A stretch of DNA of 63,175 nucleotides, the filler included, from Octopus bimaculoides (Eukaryota), in NCBI RefSeq assembly GCF_001194135.2. It is 6 parts of 5 records of this genome, joined end to end, with 100 filler letters (N's around TTAATTAATTAA, not from the genome) between each part and the next. Parts side by side here need not be neighbours in the genome. Positions count along the whole stretch, not along the records: positions 1 to 8,698 come from NC_069010.1; positions 8,799 to 23,932 come from NC_068981.1; 4 more parts are not named here. The stretch is one strand, 5' to 3'. Positions 1-11,612 of the stretch are shown here, piece by piece. Positions within the stretch are counted from its first letter, which is position 1, and each line of letters begins with the position of its first letter. The translations under genes were made by a program, and so were the position numbers. Under the pieces are notes generated by a model, which saw nothing but the letters and a program-made list of their open reading frames with translations, did not search any database and was not told where the DNA came from.

Positions 1-549
1 ATATATATATAAATATATGTATATATATAAATATATGTATATATATAAATATATGTATATATATGTGTGTGTGTGTGCATATAGTGTATGCTTACATATC
101 TGTAATATTTTCAGGATGTTGTTTTTGTTGTTCTCTCTATTTGTTGTGTGTATAAATATAAATGCGTATAAAGAATCGTCGTACAGCACGTATGCATATG
201 TCGTTGCCCCCATGCTGTTTGCCAGACTCATTGTCTGCAACCAATTAACCAGCCGATGGTGCATTCTGTTGAACGTTTGGCCACTTATAGACATTGCAGA
301 TGTTTTTGTCATAGCAAAACAATAGATTTATACACCGCCCTCTTCCCCCTGCCACCAAGCTAACAAGGAACCCCCTTTGTAGTGACATAGTCTACGAGAA
401 ATGCCAGCTAAATCTCTCCCAAATTGCACCGTGCCATCATCATTATCATCATATATCTATATATCTAGCTTTTAAACCACACAGCCAGACAAAATGTGAG
501 GCGAAGCCAGGAGAACCAAGCGCAATATATATATATATATATATATATA

Positions 550-985
550 TGCTGCTGGTGTCACGTAACTGGCACATGTGCCAGTGGCTCGTAAAAAGCA
601 CCTTTGAAGCATTGGGCTTCACGAAGGCAAAGTGGCTGATGCTGGTGGCACATGAAGTGCTCCTAGACAATGACTGAGGCCCTTGGTATTACATCGGGCT
701 TGAGAAGAAGACCCCTGAAGCCAAGTAAAATCACAGCCGTGGTGGACACTGGTGTCGCACAAATTGGCACCCATGCTGCTGGTGGCACAATAAGCACCCA
801 TTAATTACGCTCTCAGAGTGGTTGGCATTAGGAAGGGTATCCGGCTATAGAAACCATGCCTAATCGGACAGGAGTCTGGGGCAGCCTTCCAGGCTTGCCG
901 GCCCTGGTCAAACTGTCCAACCCCTGCCAGCATGGACAACAGACATTAATTGACGACGACGACGACGATGATGATGATGATGATA
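550..985 (+). mobile_element. Interspersed retroposon-like repeat, family C (ends in (GAY)n tail)
   Basis: Shares ggttggc(a/g)ttaggaaggg..atcc..ct.tagaaac and gtccaacccc/atgccagcatgga..cggacgttaaa(gat)n with 1020-1203, 4808-4946, 7846-8017 and 9150-9290. Confidence 0.75.
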
Positions 986-1019
986 TATATAGAGTGCTAT
1001 TTGTTTTCTTGACCAAAGA

Positions 1020-1203
1020 CCCGGCAAGCCAAGTGAGATCGTTGCCAGTGCCCCTGGACTGGCTCTTGTGCGGGTGGCACATAAGATGCACCATTTTGAG
1101 CGTGGCCGTTGCCAGTACCGCCTGACTGGCCTTCGTGCGGGTGACACGTAAAAGCACCCACTACTCTCTAGCATGGAAAGCGGACGTTAAATGATGATGA
1201 TGA
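1020..1203 (+). mobile_element. Family C copy with internal deletion
   Basis: The 5' part matches the reverse complement of 6035-6090. It jumps from cactactct directly to ctagcatggaaagcggacg, skipping the segment present at 7855-7975. Confidence 0.7.
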
Positions 1204-2004
1204 AAGTGAGAGATATTTGGCTGCTATTTCTAGAAGGCTTAGTTGAGTCCATGAGGCATAATAATGTGCAAAAAAAACCCAGGTTGAGTGGTCGTGTCTG
1301 TTGTATTTCCATAACTCCATCTTAATTACATTGGCAACAAAAGCTAAAACTGTTTCGAAGAACTGCTAAAGTACATGGAGACATTGGTCGTTGAGGAATA
1401 CGAATGGTTGTTTTAATGAGTAATTAGGTAAACAACTCTTTTCAATGATCTCTTGTCACGTTGGAAAGAATTTCCAAACAGAAGTTGCCTTGGTTCTTGG
1501 CTGTAGACTGCAGCAAGGCAGCAGCAGTGGTGGTGGTAGTGACAGTGGTGATTGTGATTGTGGTGGTGGTGGTGGTAGTGGTAGCAGCTGTGTCATTTTT
1601 ACCTCCTCCTCCTCCTCCTTGTCCTTCTCCCTTTCCACTTGTCCTCGTTCAATCACAAAAGATGTCGCAATCATCTATGGTGACACAACAATCGCTTTGT
1701 GGTTTGTGAGTGTGTGTGTGTGTATATATATATATATGTAGGTGTGTATATATATATGTGTGTGTGTAGGTGTGTATATATGTGTGTGATTGTATATGCA
1801 TGTGTGTGTATATATATATATATGCGTGTGTGTGTATATATTTGTGGGTGTATGTATATGTGTGTATATGTATGTGTGTAAATATATATATATATATATA
1901 TATATACATATGTATATATATATGTGTGTGTGTGTGTAGGTGTATATGTGTGTGTGTGTGTAGGTGTGTATATATGTGTGTCTGTTTGTATATGCATGTA
2001 TATG

Positions 2005-2039
<35 letters not shown>

Positions 2040-2394
2040 TTGTATATGTATCTGTGTGTGTATATAGATGTGTCTGTGTGTGTACATGCATATGTGTGTG
2101 TCTGTGTGTGTACATGCACATATGTGTGCGTGTGTGTGTGTGTTTTATGCTGCTTGTATCTGTGCATGTGCATGTGTATGCATGTATGTGTGTGTGTGTG
2201 CATTTGGCTTTGCTAAGCAGCTGAGATACATGCTGGTGTCTTTTAAAAAAAAAATGGTGAAAGACATTGGCGTTGTTCTTAAAAATCCTTCTTCCTTCTT
2301 TCGCAGATTTTAAGTTTCTGCACGACAACTAAAACATTGGTCATTTATACGGTGCTCCTGCCACCTACTCTCTGTGAGCTACTCCTCCTCCCTT

Positions 2395-2454
<60 letters not shown>

Positions 2455-3487
2455 TCCCATACAACATCGATGCTGGTATTGTTTGTTTAACCCCAGGTCG
2501 GCCACGATCCAGCAGACAAAACCTTATTACAACTATACATATTCCACCCACAACCGACACACTAAAATAGGATTTCAGTGATATTTGGCTGCCCTTTCTA
2601 GCAGGTTGAGCGACTGCACAGAGCCCCCTTACGTTGTTATTGCATTTGTTGAAGTTACTGGTGGTGGTGGTGGTGGTCCAGAAGGATAATGATGATGGTA
2701 TTAGGGTGGGTAAGGGTGGTGTCAGTAATGAGGGGGATGCTATTGGTGATGATGATGATGATGATGATGATGACGACGATGATGACGACGATGACGACAA
2801 CAGTGATGATGATGATGATGATGGCATTCAGGTAGTTATCGGTGGTGGTGGTGGTGGTAGTGGTGATAATGATGATGATGATGACGACGATGACAACAGT
2901 GACGATGATGATGATGGCGTTCAGGTTGCTATCAGTGGTGGTGGTGGTGATGACGACGATGGTGATGATGACGACGGCCATTCACATTGATAGTGGTGGT
3001 ATGGAATGGTGACGATGGCAGAGATGATGATGATGATGATGCTGATGCTGATGGGAAGGTGGAGCAGGCGGTGGCAGATGAAGTGAAGAAGAGGACTACA
3101 CACCATCTATTTCATATTTCACACTACAATTAATCTCCAGAGAAACTATAAGGCTTAGAGTCTTTCGTGGCGGCGGTGGTGGTGGTGGTGGCACCAGTGC
3201 CTATTGTTTGTTGTTGCTGCTGTGTGTTCTTCAAAAGAATTTAGGATAATCTTTAACAAATGTGGAGGCACAAAACACTTCTGTAGGTGGAGCAGAAGAG
3301 CTGCTACAGACGTGTGGGTGTGTGTGTTTGCATGTGTGCACATATGCGTGTGAGTGTAGGTGTGTATATGGTACATATATATGTATGTTGGTATGTATAT
3401 TTCTGTTTCTGTGTTTGTGTGCACGTTTTATGCATGTTATGTATGTGGGTCTATGTATGTTTGTATGTGTGTATATATCATGATCTA

Positions 3488-3528
<41 letters not shown>

Positions 3529-3536
3529 CATACATA

Positions 3537-3707
3537 GGCGCAGGAGTGGCTGTGTGGTAAGTAGCTTGTTTACCAACCACATGGTTCCGGGTTCAGTCCC
3601 ACTGCATGGCACCTTGAGCAAGTGTCCTCTTCTACTATAGCCTCAGGCCAACCAAAGCCTTGTTAGTGGATTTGGTAAACGGAAACTGAAAGAAGCCTGT
3701 CGTATAT
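3537..3707 (+). mobile_element. tRNA-headed SINE family B, 5' half
   Basis: A-box-like tggctgtgtggt and B-box-like gggttcagtccc, followed by accttgagcaagtg; multiple copies in the window. Confidence 0.85.
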
Positions 3708-3912
3708 GTGTGTCTGTGTTCCTTTTTTGGTCGTTCCAAGTGCTTCCTGCAGTCACTGGTATTGTAACCATCTTGAGATGCCACATTTTTCTTCTTTTTT
3801 TTTTTTCAATTTCAATCTTTATATTTTCTGAGCTTATCGAGTTCTTTTGCTGAGATATTATGGTTGTAAGGTATGCTCATGTCAACTGGGCACAGGTGCC
3901 ATCACAATATCA

Positions 3913-3982
<70 letters not shown>

Positions 3983-3983
3983 C

Positions 3984-4029
<46 letters not shown>

Positions 4030-4054
4030 TTATTCCTCCAAACTTACCTTTCAG

Positions 4055-4153
4055 ATGTAAGCTGTGAAGAGCGCTACCACTGTTTCCATTCAGCAGGGAT
4101 TCATTCTGTCTCTCTCCCCTGGCTCATACATTACGAAGAATTCTGTAACAACA
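4055..4153 (+). CDS. NUP88: NUP88 internal coding exon (phase 1-1, 99 nt): (D)VSCEERYHCFHSAGIHSVSLPWLIHYEEFCNN
   Basis: Acceptor cttacctttcAG at 4053-4054 and donor ACA|GTctgt at 4154. The peptide resembles the recalled human NUP88 segment [24 protein letters not shown] and splices in frame to the next two exons. The 3' end could alternatively be 4144 (GTAACA), which is also in frame. Confidence 0.88.
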
Positions 4154-4185
4154 GTCTGTGTATCATTATTATTATCATTATTATT

Positions 4186-4223
<38 letters not shown>

Positions 4224-4247
4224 GGTGGTGGTGGTGGTGGTGGTGGT

Positions 4248-4437
4248 GGCGAGCTGGCAGAAACGTTTGCATGCCGGGCAAAATGCTTAGCGGTAGAGTT
4301 CAAATTCCGCCGAGGTCGACTTTGCCTTTCATCCTTTCAGGTTCGATAAATTAAGTACCAGTGAAACACTGGGGTTGATGTAATCAACTAGTCCCTTCTT
4401 CCAAAATTCCAGGCCTTATGCCTATAGTAGAAAGGAT
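4248..4437 (+). mobile_element. SINE family A
   Basis: Head ggcgagctggcagaa..ttagc, B-box-like gagttcaaattcc, core gtcgactttgcctttcatcctttc..gtcgataaattaagtaccag. About 18 copies or fragments in the window. The core resembles the MetaSINE central domain as recalled; not verified. Confidence 0.85.
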
Positions 4438-4438
4438 G

Positions 4439-4486
<48 letters not shown>

Positions 4487-4554
4487 GATGTCTCACAACA
4501 TACAATATTGTGAAGTTGTTGATTGAAGATATTTTGTCTACCAGGGGTTTGTAC

Positions 4555-4805
4555 TGTTGTCAAGCAATGTTGGGCAGGGGACAAACACAGACACACAAGC
4601 ACACACACACATACATATACATATGTATATATACATATATACGACGGGCTTCTTTCAGTTTCCATCTACGAAATCCTCTCATAAGTCTTTGGTCGGCCCG
4701 GGGCTATAGTAGAAGACACTTGCCCAAGGTGTCACGCAGTGGGACTGAACCCGGAACCATGTGATTTGTAAGCAAGCTACTTACCACACAGCCACTCCTA
4801 CGCCT
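4555..4805 (-). mobile_element. SINE family B, antisense
   Basis: Reverse complement of the 3537-3707 head plus the internal (TA/TG)n and part of the 3' body. Confidence 0.85.
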
Positions 4806-4807
4806 GT

Positions 4808-4946
4808 GATTGACATTAAGAAGGGCATCCAGCTGTAGAAACCCTGCCAAATCAGACATTGAAGCACAATGCAGTCTTTAGACCCACTAGATCCTATCAA
4901 ACTGTCCAACCCATGCCAGCACGGAGCATGGACGTTAAATGACGAT
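4808..4946 (+). mobile_element. Family C 3' fragment (NUP88 intron)
   Basis: gaagggcatccagctgtagaaacc...aaactgtccaacccatgccagca..ggacgttaaatgacgatg. Confidence 0.75.
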
Positions 4947-5864
4947 GTCAAAGTGTTGTATTTCCTGTTGGTTTCTGATTTCATGTATATTTTTTTTCCT
5001 AAAGTGGGAGATTGCTTTAATTTTTCGATAATTAGTCTTTTATACATGTGTTCTGTTTGCTGGAGAATGCTACTTAATGGCAGATAGAGAAAAACGGAGA
5101 GAGAGAGAAAGCGTGCGTGTGTGTAGTTGAAGGGAGAGAATCGCTTCTAAGTTTTTTTTTTGGTGGAGATGGAGTATATGTAATCTGGGTATACCCCCCC
5201 CCCTTTTAAATTTTGTTTTTTTACGGAATCCCACGTTTTAGGCTATGGAGATTCCGATTCTGAAAAAAAATTTNNNNNNNNNNNNNNNNNNNNNNNNNNN
5301 NNNNNNNNNNNNNNNNNNNNNNNNNNNNNNNNNNNNNNNNNNNNNNNNNNNNNNNNNNNNNNNNNNNNNNNNNNNNNNNNNNNNNNNNNNNNNNNNNNNN
5401 NNNNNNNNNNNNNNNNNNNNNNNNNNNNNNNNNNNNNNNNNNNNNNNNNNNNNNNNNNNNNNNNNNNNNNNNNNNNNNNNNNNNNNNNNNNNNNNNNNNN
5501 NNNNNNNNNNNNNNNNNNNNNNNNNNNNNNNNNNNNNNNNNNNNNNNNNNNNNNNNNNNNNNNNNNNNNNNNNNNNNNNNNNNNNNNNNNNNNNNNNNNN
5601 NNNNNNNNNNNNNNNNNNNNNNNNNNNNNNNNNNNNNNNNNNNNNNNNNNNNNNNNNNNNNNNNNNNNNNNNNNNNNNNNNNNNNNNNNNNNNNNNNNNN
5701 NNNNNNNNNNNNNNNNNNNNNNNNNNNNNNNNNNNNNNNNNNNNNNNNNNNNNNNNNNNNNNNNNNNNNNNNNNNNNNNGTTCCCTGTGCCCTGAGTTCA
5801 ATTCCTACCATGGTCAGCTTTACATTCCATCTTTTTGGGATTGATTAATTAAAAATACAAGTCT

Positions 5865-6022
5865 CAGAGCAGTGGATTAGCTAAACTGTTAGACTCTGAC
5901 AAGCTCACGCTCATGAGGTAGTGAGTTCAATTCTCGGACTTGGCTGTGTGTTGTGTTCTTGAGCAAGACACTTTATTTCACGTTTCTCCAGTTCACACTC
6001 AGCTGTAGAAATGAGTTGTGAC
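5865..6022 (+). mobile_element. SINE family E, diverged (NUP88 intron)
   Basis: gagttcaattctcggacttggctgtgtgttgtgttcttgagcaagacactttatttcacg matches the reverse complement of 56455-56520. Confidence 0.75.
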
Positions 6023-6034
6023 GTATTTTACATG

Positions 6035-6175
6035 CCACCTGCACAGGAGCCAGTCCAGCGGCACTGGAAATGATCTCGCTCGAATGTCTTTACATGTGCC
6101 ACGAAGACGAGGCTGGGCACAGGTGCCATCACGATTTCGCTTTCGCTTGCCCCAACAGGTCTTCGCAAGCCAACA
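6035..6175 (-). mobile_element. Family C 5' fragment, antisense (NUP88 intron)
   Basis: The reverse complement matches 1030-1080 (ccagtgcc.ctggactggctc.tgtgc.ggtggca). Confidence 0.65.
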
Positions 6176-6363
6176 AAATCCTAAATGGTCTTCCAAGGGC
6201 CAATTAGACCTCGGTTTCGAATCACTGCTCTGATACATATATCTATAAAGTCTCTATCGTGTTATATACATCCCACTGTAATGGTCACTCTTTTGGCCAG
6301 CGTTAGATTCCCTTTTCAAGTACATGCTGGCTGACCCCTAACATTGTATTTCTATCATTTCAG

Positions 6364-6448
6364 TCAATGAAGAGAACATCCCAAATATATCTCAGTCGGA
6401 GAAATGCCTTGTCGAACATGTCCTGTGTACGAAACCGCTCAACTCCAG
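6364..6448 (+). CDS. NUP88: NUP88 internal coding exon (phase 1-2, 85 nt): (I)NEENIPNISQSEKCLVEHVLCTKPLNS
   Basis: CTAAC branch motif at 6338-6342, acceptor ttctatcatttcAG at 6362-6363, donor CAG|GTattg. KCLVEHVLCTKPL matches the recalled human KCFVEHILCTKPL. Confidence 0.92.
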
Positions 6449-6695
6449 GTATTGAGTCCTTCGCTTGCTCTGTTTGATTAAGGCTACGGTCTTATTTGTT
6501 CAGCTATTTCTTTGTGGGTTTGGGTGTGTGAGTGTGCATACATGTTTGTGGGGTGGGGGTATGTATGTATATATATATGTGTGTGTGTGTGTATGTGTGT
6601 TTATATCTGTCACTTTCATTGCCAACTAATATGGAACTCACTCTCATATTTAAGTTTGTATATATTTGTATCTGTCTCTTTTTCTTTCTTTCCAG

Positions 6696-6800
6696 CCCAC
6701 AGTTTCCGGTCCTCGGCCTTGGAACTACCACCAACCATCTTCTTGGTAAAACAATCATTGTGCTCACCAGTGAGCTGGAGTTTCTCACCATACCACTCAA
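6696..6800 (+). CDS. NUP88: NUP88 internal coding exon (phase 2-2, 105 nt): (S)PQFPVLGLGTTTNHLLGKTIIVLTSELEFLTIPL
   Basis: Long pyrimidine tract with ccAG at 6694-6695 and a consensus donor CAA|GTAAGT at 6801. The phase fits the previous exon, and the peptide resembles the recalled human [32 protein letters not shown]. Confidence 0.9.
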
Positions 6801-7845
6801 GTAAGTGGGATCTATTTTAAAACGGGGGCCACATTTTTCATTAATGTTTTACGTAGTGTTTTTGGTACGGAAAGACTTTCAAACTTCGTATACTTATCTA
6901 TTTTGTGTTATAGAACAGAAAAATATTTTTGTATTCGAATTTATTTCATGTAAAAAATTGTCTTATTTCGATAATTTCAACCAATCACTGACAAGTATTC
7001 AGTTGTTTACATTTACTCCTTTGGCTGATTAAGCCATAGCTTCGTTTTATTTGCTTTTTTCTTTTTAAANNNNNNNNNNNNNNNNNNNNNNNNNNNNNNN
7101 NNNNNNNNNNNNNNNNNNNNNNNNNNNNNNNNNNNNNNNNNNNNNNNNNNNNNNNNNNNNNNNNNNNNNNNNNNNNNNNNNNNNNNNNNNNNNNNNNNNN
7201 NNNNNNNNNNNNNNNNNNNNNNNNNNNNNNNNNNNNNNNNNNNNNNNNNNNNNNNNNNNNNNNNNNNNNNNNNNNNNNNNNNNNNNNNNNNNNNNNNNNN
7301 NNNNNNNNNNNNNNNNNNNNNNNNNNNNNNNNNNNNNNNNNNNNNNNNNNNNNNNNNNNNNNNNNNNNNNNNNNNNNNNNNNNNNNNNNNNNNNNNNNNN
7401 NNNNNNNNNNNNNNNNNNNNNNNNNNNNNNNNNNNNNNNNNNNNNNNNNNNNNNNNNNNNNNNNNNNNNNNNNNNNNNNNNNNNNNNNNNNNNNNNNNNN
7501 NNNNNNNNNNNNNNNNNNNNNNNNNNNNNNNNNNNNNNNNNNNNNNNNNNNNNNNNNNNNNNNNNNNNNNNNNNNNNNNNNNNNNNNNNNNNNNNNNNNN
7601 NNNNNNNNNNNNNNNNNNNNNNNNNNNNNNNNNNNNNNNNNNNNNNNNNNNNNNNNNNNNNNNNNNNNNNNNNNNNNNNNNNNNNNNNNNNNNNNNNNNN
7701 NNNNNNNNNNNNNNNNNNNNNNNNNNNNNNNNNNNNNNNNNNNNNNNNNNNNNNNNNNNNNNNNNNNNNNNNNNNNNNNNNNNNNNNNNNNNNNNNNNNN
7801 NNNNNNNNNNNNNNNNNNNNNNNNNNNNNNNNNNNNNNNNNNNNN

Positions 7846-8017
7846 ACCTACTACACTCTCGGAGTGGTTGGCGTTAGGAAGGGCATCCAGCTATAGAAAC
7901 TCTGCCAAATTTAGATTGGAGCCTGGTGTAGCCATCCAGTTTCACCAATCCTCAGTCAAATCGTCCAACCCATGCTAGCATGGAAAGCGGACGTTAAACG
8001 ATGATGATGATGATGAT
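7846..8017 (+). mobile_element. Family C 3' part
   Basis: Same motif set and a (gat)n tail; begins at a gap edge. Confidence 0.8.
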
Positions 8018-8698
8018 CTCATTCTTGGTCTACCCCTAATTCTCCTACCAGTCGTTTTTTTTTCTCTCTCTTGCTTTCTGTCCCCCCTCTCTCTCTCCAT
8101 TGCCACAGCCAGTCTCCCATCACAATTTAACAGCTGTTCCATCCCTCCATCTCTGGCACCAGCTTCAATGGAAGTTACCAACTTCATACACATACAGACG
8201 CACGCACACACATGCATACTGACGCAGTAACACACACGCACACACAAGTATACTGACAAGGCGGCACGCGCACACACATACACACACACATACAACCCAG
8301 ATGCAAACATGTAGAGATAAAGAGACATGAAAGAGAAAGGAGAGAGTGGTAGAGAAGGGGAGGGGGAAGAGAGAGAGAAAGGAGAACAGGAGCCCTATAT
8401 TAAGGGCTCACCTGATGATAGTATCAGGGCCCACAGTAACCTTGTCCCCTGCCCTTCTGGGGACAGAAATCAAAGAGAAAAAGATCAGAGACAACACGGG
8501 GCAAGGGGGTAGAGGTGTTGATATCACTGTTACCCCTCTTTACCATTATAATCTCAAGGTCCCTCCCTCCTCCCCTTATGTAAGGTACCCCCACCCCGCC
8601 ATCTCCCTAGTCCATTTCAGCAGCAGCAGTGGTTGGTAAAAGGGGAGTGGGGCTGATTGGTAAAAAGGCGCCAAAATTAACACCAGACACCAGTACCA

Positions 8699-8798
8699 NN
8701 NNNNNNNNNNNNNNNNNNNNNNNNNNNNNNNNNNNNNNNNNNTTAATTAATTAANNNNNNNNNNNNNNNNNNNNNNNNNNNNNNNNNNNNNNNNNNNN
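8699..8798. other. Artificial assembly spacer (44 N + TTAATTAATTAA + 44 N)
   Basis: Exactly 100 bp; the 12-mer at 8743-8754 gives stops in all six frames. Confidence 0.95.
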
Positions 8799-8832
8799 TA
8801 TCTGTCTGTCTATCTATCTGTCTGTCTATCTA

Positions 8833-8879
<47 letters not shown>

Positions 8880-8882
8880 CAG

Positions 8883-8949
<67 letters not shown>

Positions 8950-9149
8950 CTTTCTATAGCTTTCTATCTATCCGTCTTGGGTAAGCATGTATCTCCTCTA
9001 CAGTAAAACACTGCTTCTGTCCTTCCGTCCCGGTTCAACCTCTTGTCACTTGCTACAAAACCCCCTCCCCCAATACCCCCTCCCAGTTGAGAGGTTTTTG
9101 CTTTGCAAGTTACTTGGTGACTTTGCTGGTGCTGGTGTCGCATCAAAAG

Positions 9150-9290
9150 CATCCAATTCACTGTAAAGCGGATGGCATTAGGAAAGGCATCCACCCGTAG
9201 AAACCACGCCAAAACAGACAATTGGAGCTTGGCACAGTCCTTTAGCTTGCCTGCTTCTGCTAAACCGTCCAACCCATACCAGCATGAAAA
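9150..9290 (+). mobile_element. Family C 3' part, diverged
   Basis: gcattaggaaaggcatccacccgtagaaacc...aaaccgtccaacccataccagcatg. Confidence 0.7.
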
Positions 9291-11391
9291 ATTATAATTA
9301 TTATTATTATTATTATGATGATGATGATGATGGTAATAACGATGCTGCTGCTGGTGATGATGATGATGACGCCATATAAGTGCGTATATGATTATTTTCA
9401 TTTGATAAATTGTGAAAAAAAAGATGTGTGGTAGTTATCATACATACATACTTGTACACACACACATATATATATATACATATATACATATACTTGTACA
9501 TATATGTATGTATGTATCTATGCATGTAACTATGTATGTGTGTGTATACATATATATGTACACACACATATATATATATGTATATATACAAGCGCGCGCA
9601 CACACACACATACACATATATATATACACATATATATATACACATATATATCTTTGTGTGTGTGTATGCTTATTATTACAGGGTGGATGGTTAGATAAAA
9701 GATACAAGGAAATTCTCCATAAATCTGTTCGTTTCCGAACTATCTCCATCATCTTAACCTACCTAAACACACGGGTTTGAAAAGATTAGTTTGTGTGAAA
9801 ATTGTGCTCTCACTGCAGCCAAATTGTTCTTGTGAACAACTGTCTGGGAAATTTGGCCAGATTAATGTCATGGCATCGAAGTCTTGTTATTAGAAATGTT
9901 TAAATTATTGTAGATTTATAATTTATGGCTCTGTTATTTTCCTAAATGGTCGATAAAGCTAATTTTTCGACTTTCCAGACGCCATTTTATATTTTATATC
10001 CAAAACCAGAAATCCATTAGAAAAGTTCTTTAATGTACTGACATTTCATTCCATTTCTTTTTTTTTATCTCTTGTATGAATGTTGTTATGTCTTCTTATT
10101 GTTAATTGAAACTTTTAGCCATTGTTAGTAATATTTAGTCTTAGCTCAACATTGGAATTCTTCTCATTGCTAAATATTTTTATCTTTGGACAATTGTTGT
10201 TTCTTAATCGGTAGAAGCTTCTCTCCCTCCCTCCCTCCCTCCCTGCTTCTGTCTTTCTGTATGTATGTATGTATATAAGAACCACGAGTGNNNNNNNNNN
10301 NNNNNNNNNNNNNNNNNNNNNNNNNNNNNNNNNNNNNNNNNNNNNNNNNNNNNNNNNNNNNNNNNNNNNNNNNNNNNNNNNNNNNNNNNNNNNNNNNNNN
10401 NNNNNNNNNNNNNNNNNNNNNNNNNNNNNNNNNNNNNNNNNNNNNNNNNNNNNNNNNNNNNNNNNNNNNNNNNNNNNNNNNNNNNNNNNNNNNNNNNNNN
10501 NNNNNNNNNNNNNNNNNNNNNNNNNNNNNNNNNNNNNNNNNNNNNNNNNNNNNNNNNNNNNNNNNNNNNNNNNNNNNNNNNNNNNNNNNNNNNNNNNNNN
10601 NNNNNNNNNNNNNNNNNNNNNNNNNNNNNNNNNNNNATATATATATATATATATACATACATACACACAGTCTCGTCTCATCACTATTAAATGCACAATT
10701 ACCCAGGACTTCCATATTTCGTTGCTTTACACATCATTGCTGTATAAACCAGAGTATTAAATTAGTTAAACTTTGTAAAGAACGAATGTTTTAAAGTTCT
10801 GAATTTTTAGCAGCAGAAGCAACAACAACAACAACAACAACACCAACAACAGCAGCAATGAGAGCAGCAACATCAGCAGCAGTAGCACCAACAGCAGCAG
10901 ATCGCTTGATTAGTTTCTCGCGTTTAATTGGGAAAGATTTTTGATTTGATATATCTTAATCATTAGGTGGCAGTTTGAGTAAAATAATGTAAACGTACAG
11001 CTCACTGCCTCCGCCGCCGCTCCAGTTGCTGCTGCTGCTGCTTCTGGTGGTGATGATGATTATGATGATAATAGGGTTGTTTTCCTTTTAGCATCCCTAG
11101 AAGTGAGGTGAAAATAATTAAAAGCTAAAAAGTAATGAAGTGAAAATCATGTCTTTGGAAAACAAAATTAAATATGGCCGGATTGAGTCCAGAGAATTGA
11201 AGACTTTCTAGTTTTTCATTTTGTTTCTTAAGAGTCATCGATGTGGAGTTAATGTAGTGAGAAGCAGAGAATACGTATGTTCCTTCGGTAATCGCATAGG
11301 GACATCTGGACTAAAGGTCTGTGGCGGTACAGTTAAACTGGATGCGGATGAGGGAAAGTACTTGGATGTAATTAATACAGCAACAGCCGAA

Positions 11392-11612
11392 GGTGGAGCG
11401 CTGGCAGAATGCACACAGCGGACGAAATGCTTCACGACATTTTATCTGTCTCCATGTTCTGAGTTCAAATTCCGTCGAGGTCGACTTTACTTTTCATCCT
11501 TTTGGGGGGGGGGGCGCGATAAAATAAATACCAGTTGAGTACTGGGGTCCATGTAATCGACTTAAGCCCTTCCCTAAGGTTGCTGATCTTGTGGCAAAAT
11601 TTGAAACCAATA
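11392..11612 (+). mobile_element. SINE family A
   Basis: Same head and core; tail gccttgtgccaaaatttgaaaccaatat type. Confidence 0.85.

Noticed and set aside
2634-2990. Asp/Gly-rich 118-aa ORF resembling an acidic biomineral protein
   Set aside because: It is a (GAY)n/(GGT)n compound microsatellite with an internal duplication of about 100 bp, in presumed NUP88 intronic sequence, with no signal peptide or splice support.
4041-4142. Perfect minus-strand donor AAG|GTAAGT at 4047
   Set aside because: All three minus frames from the nearest acceptor contain stops. The same bases serve as the branch point and pyrimidine tract of the + strand NUP88 exon.
6690-6830. Protein-like antisense frame EWYGEKLQLTGEHNDCF
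   Set aside because: It is the shadow of the NUP88 exon and has no minus-strand donor.
10900-10980. Cluster of homeodomain-type motifs (TGATTAG, TAATTG, TGATTTGAT, TAATCATTA)
   Set aside because: Such motifs are common in AT-rich DNA and cannot be supported without conservation data.
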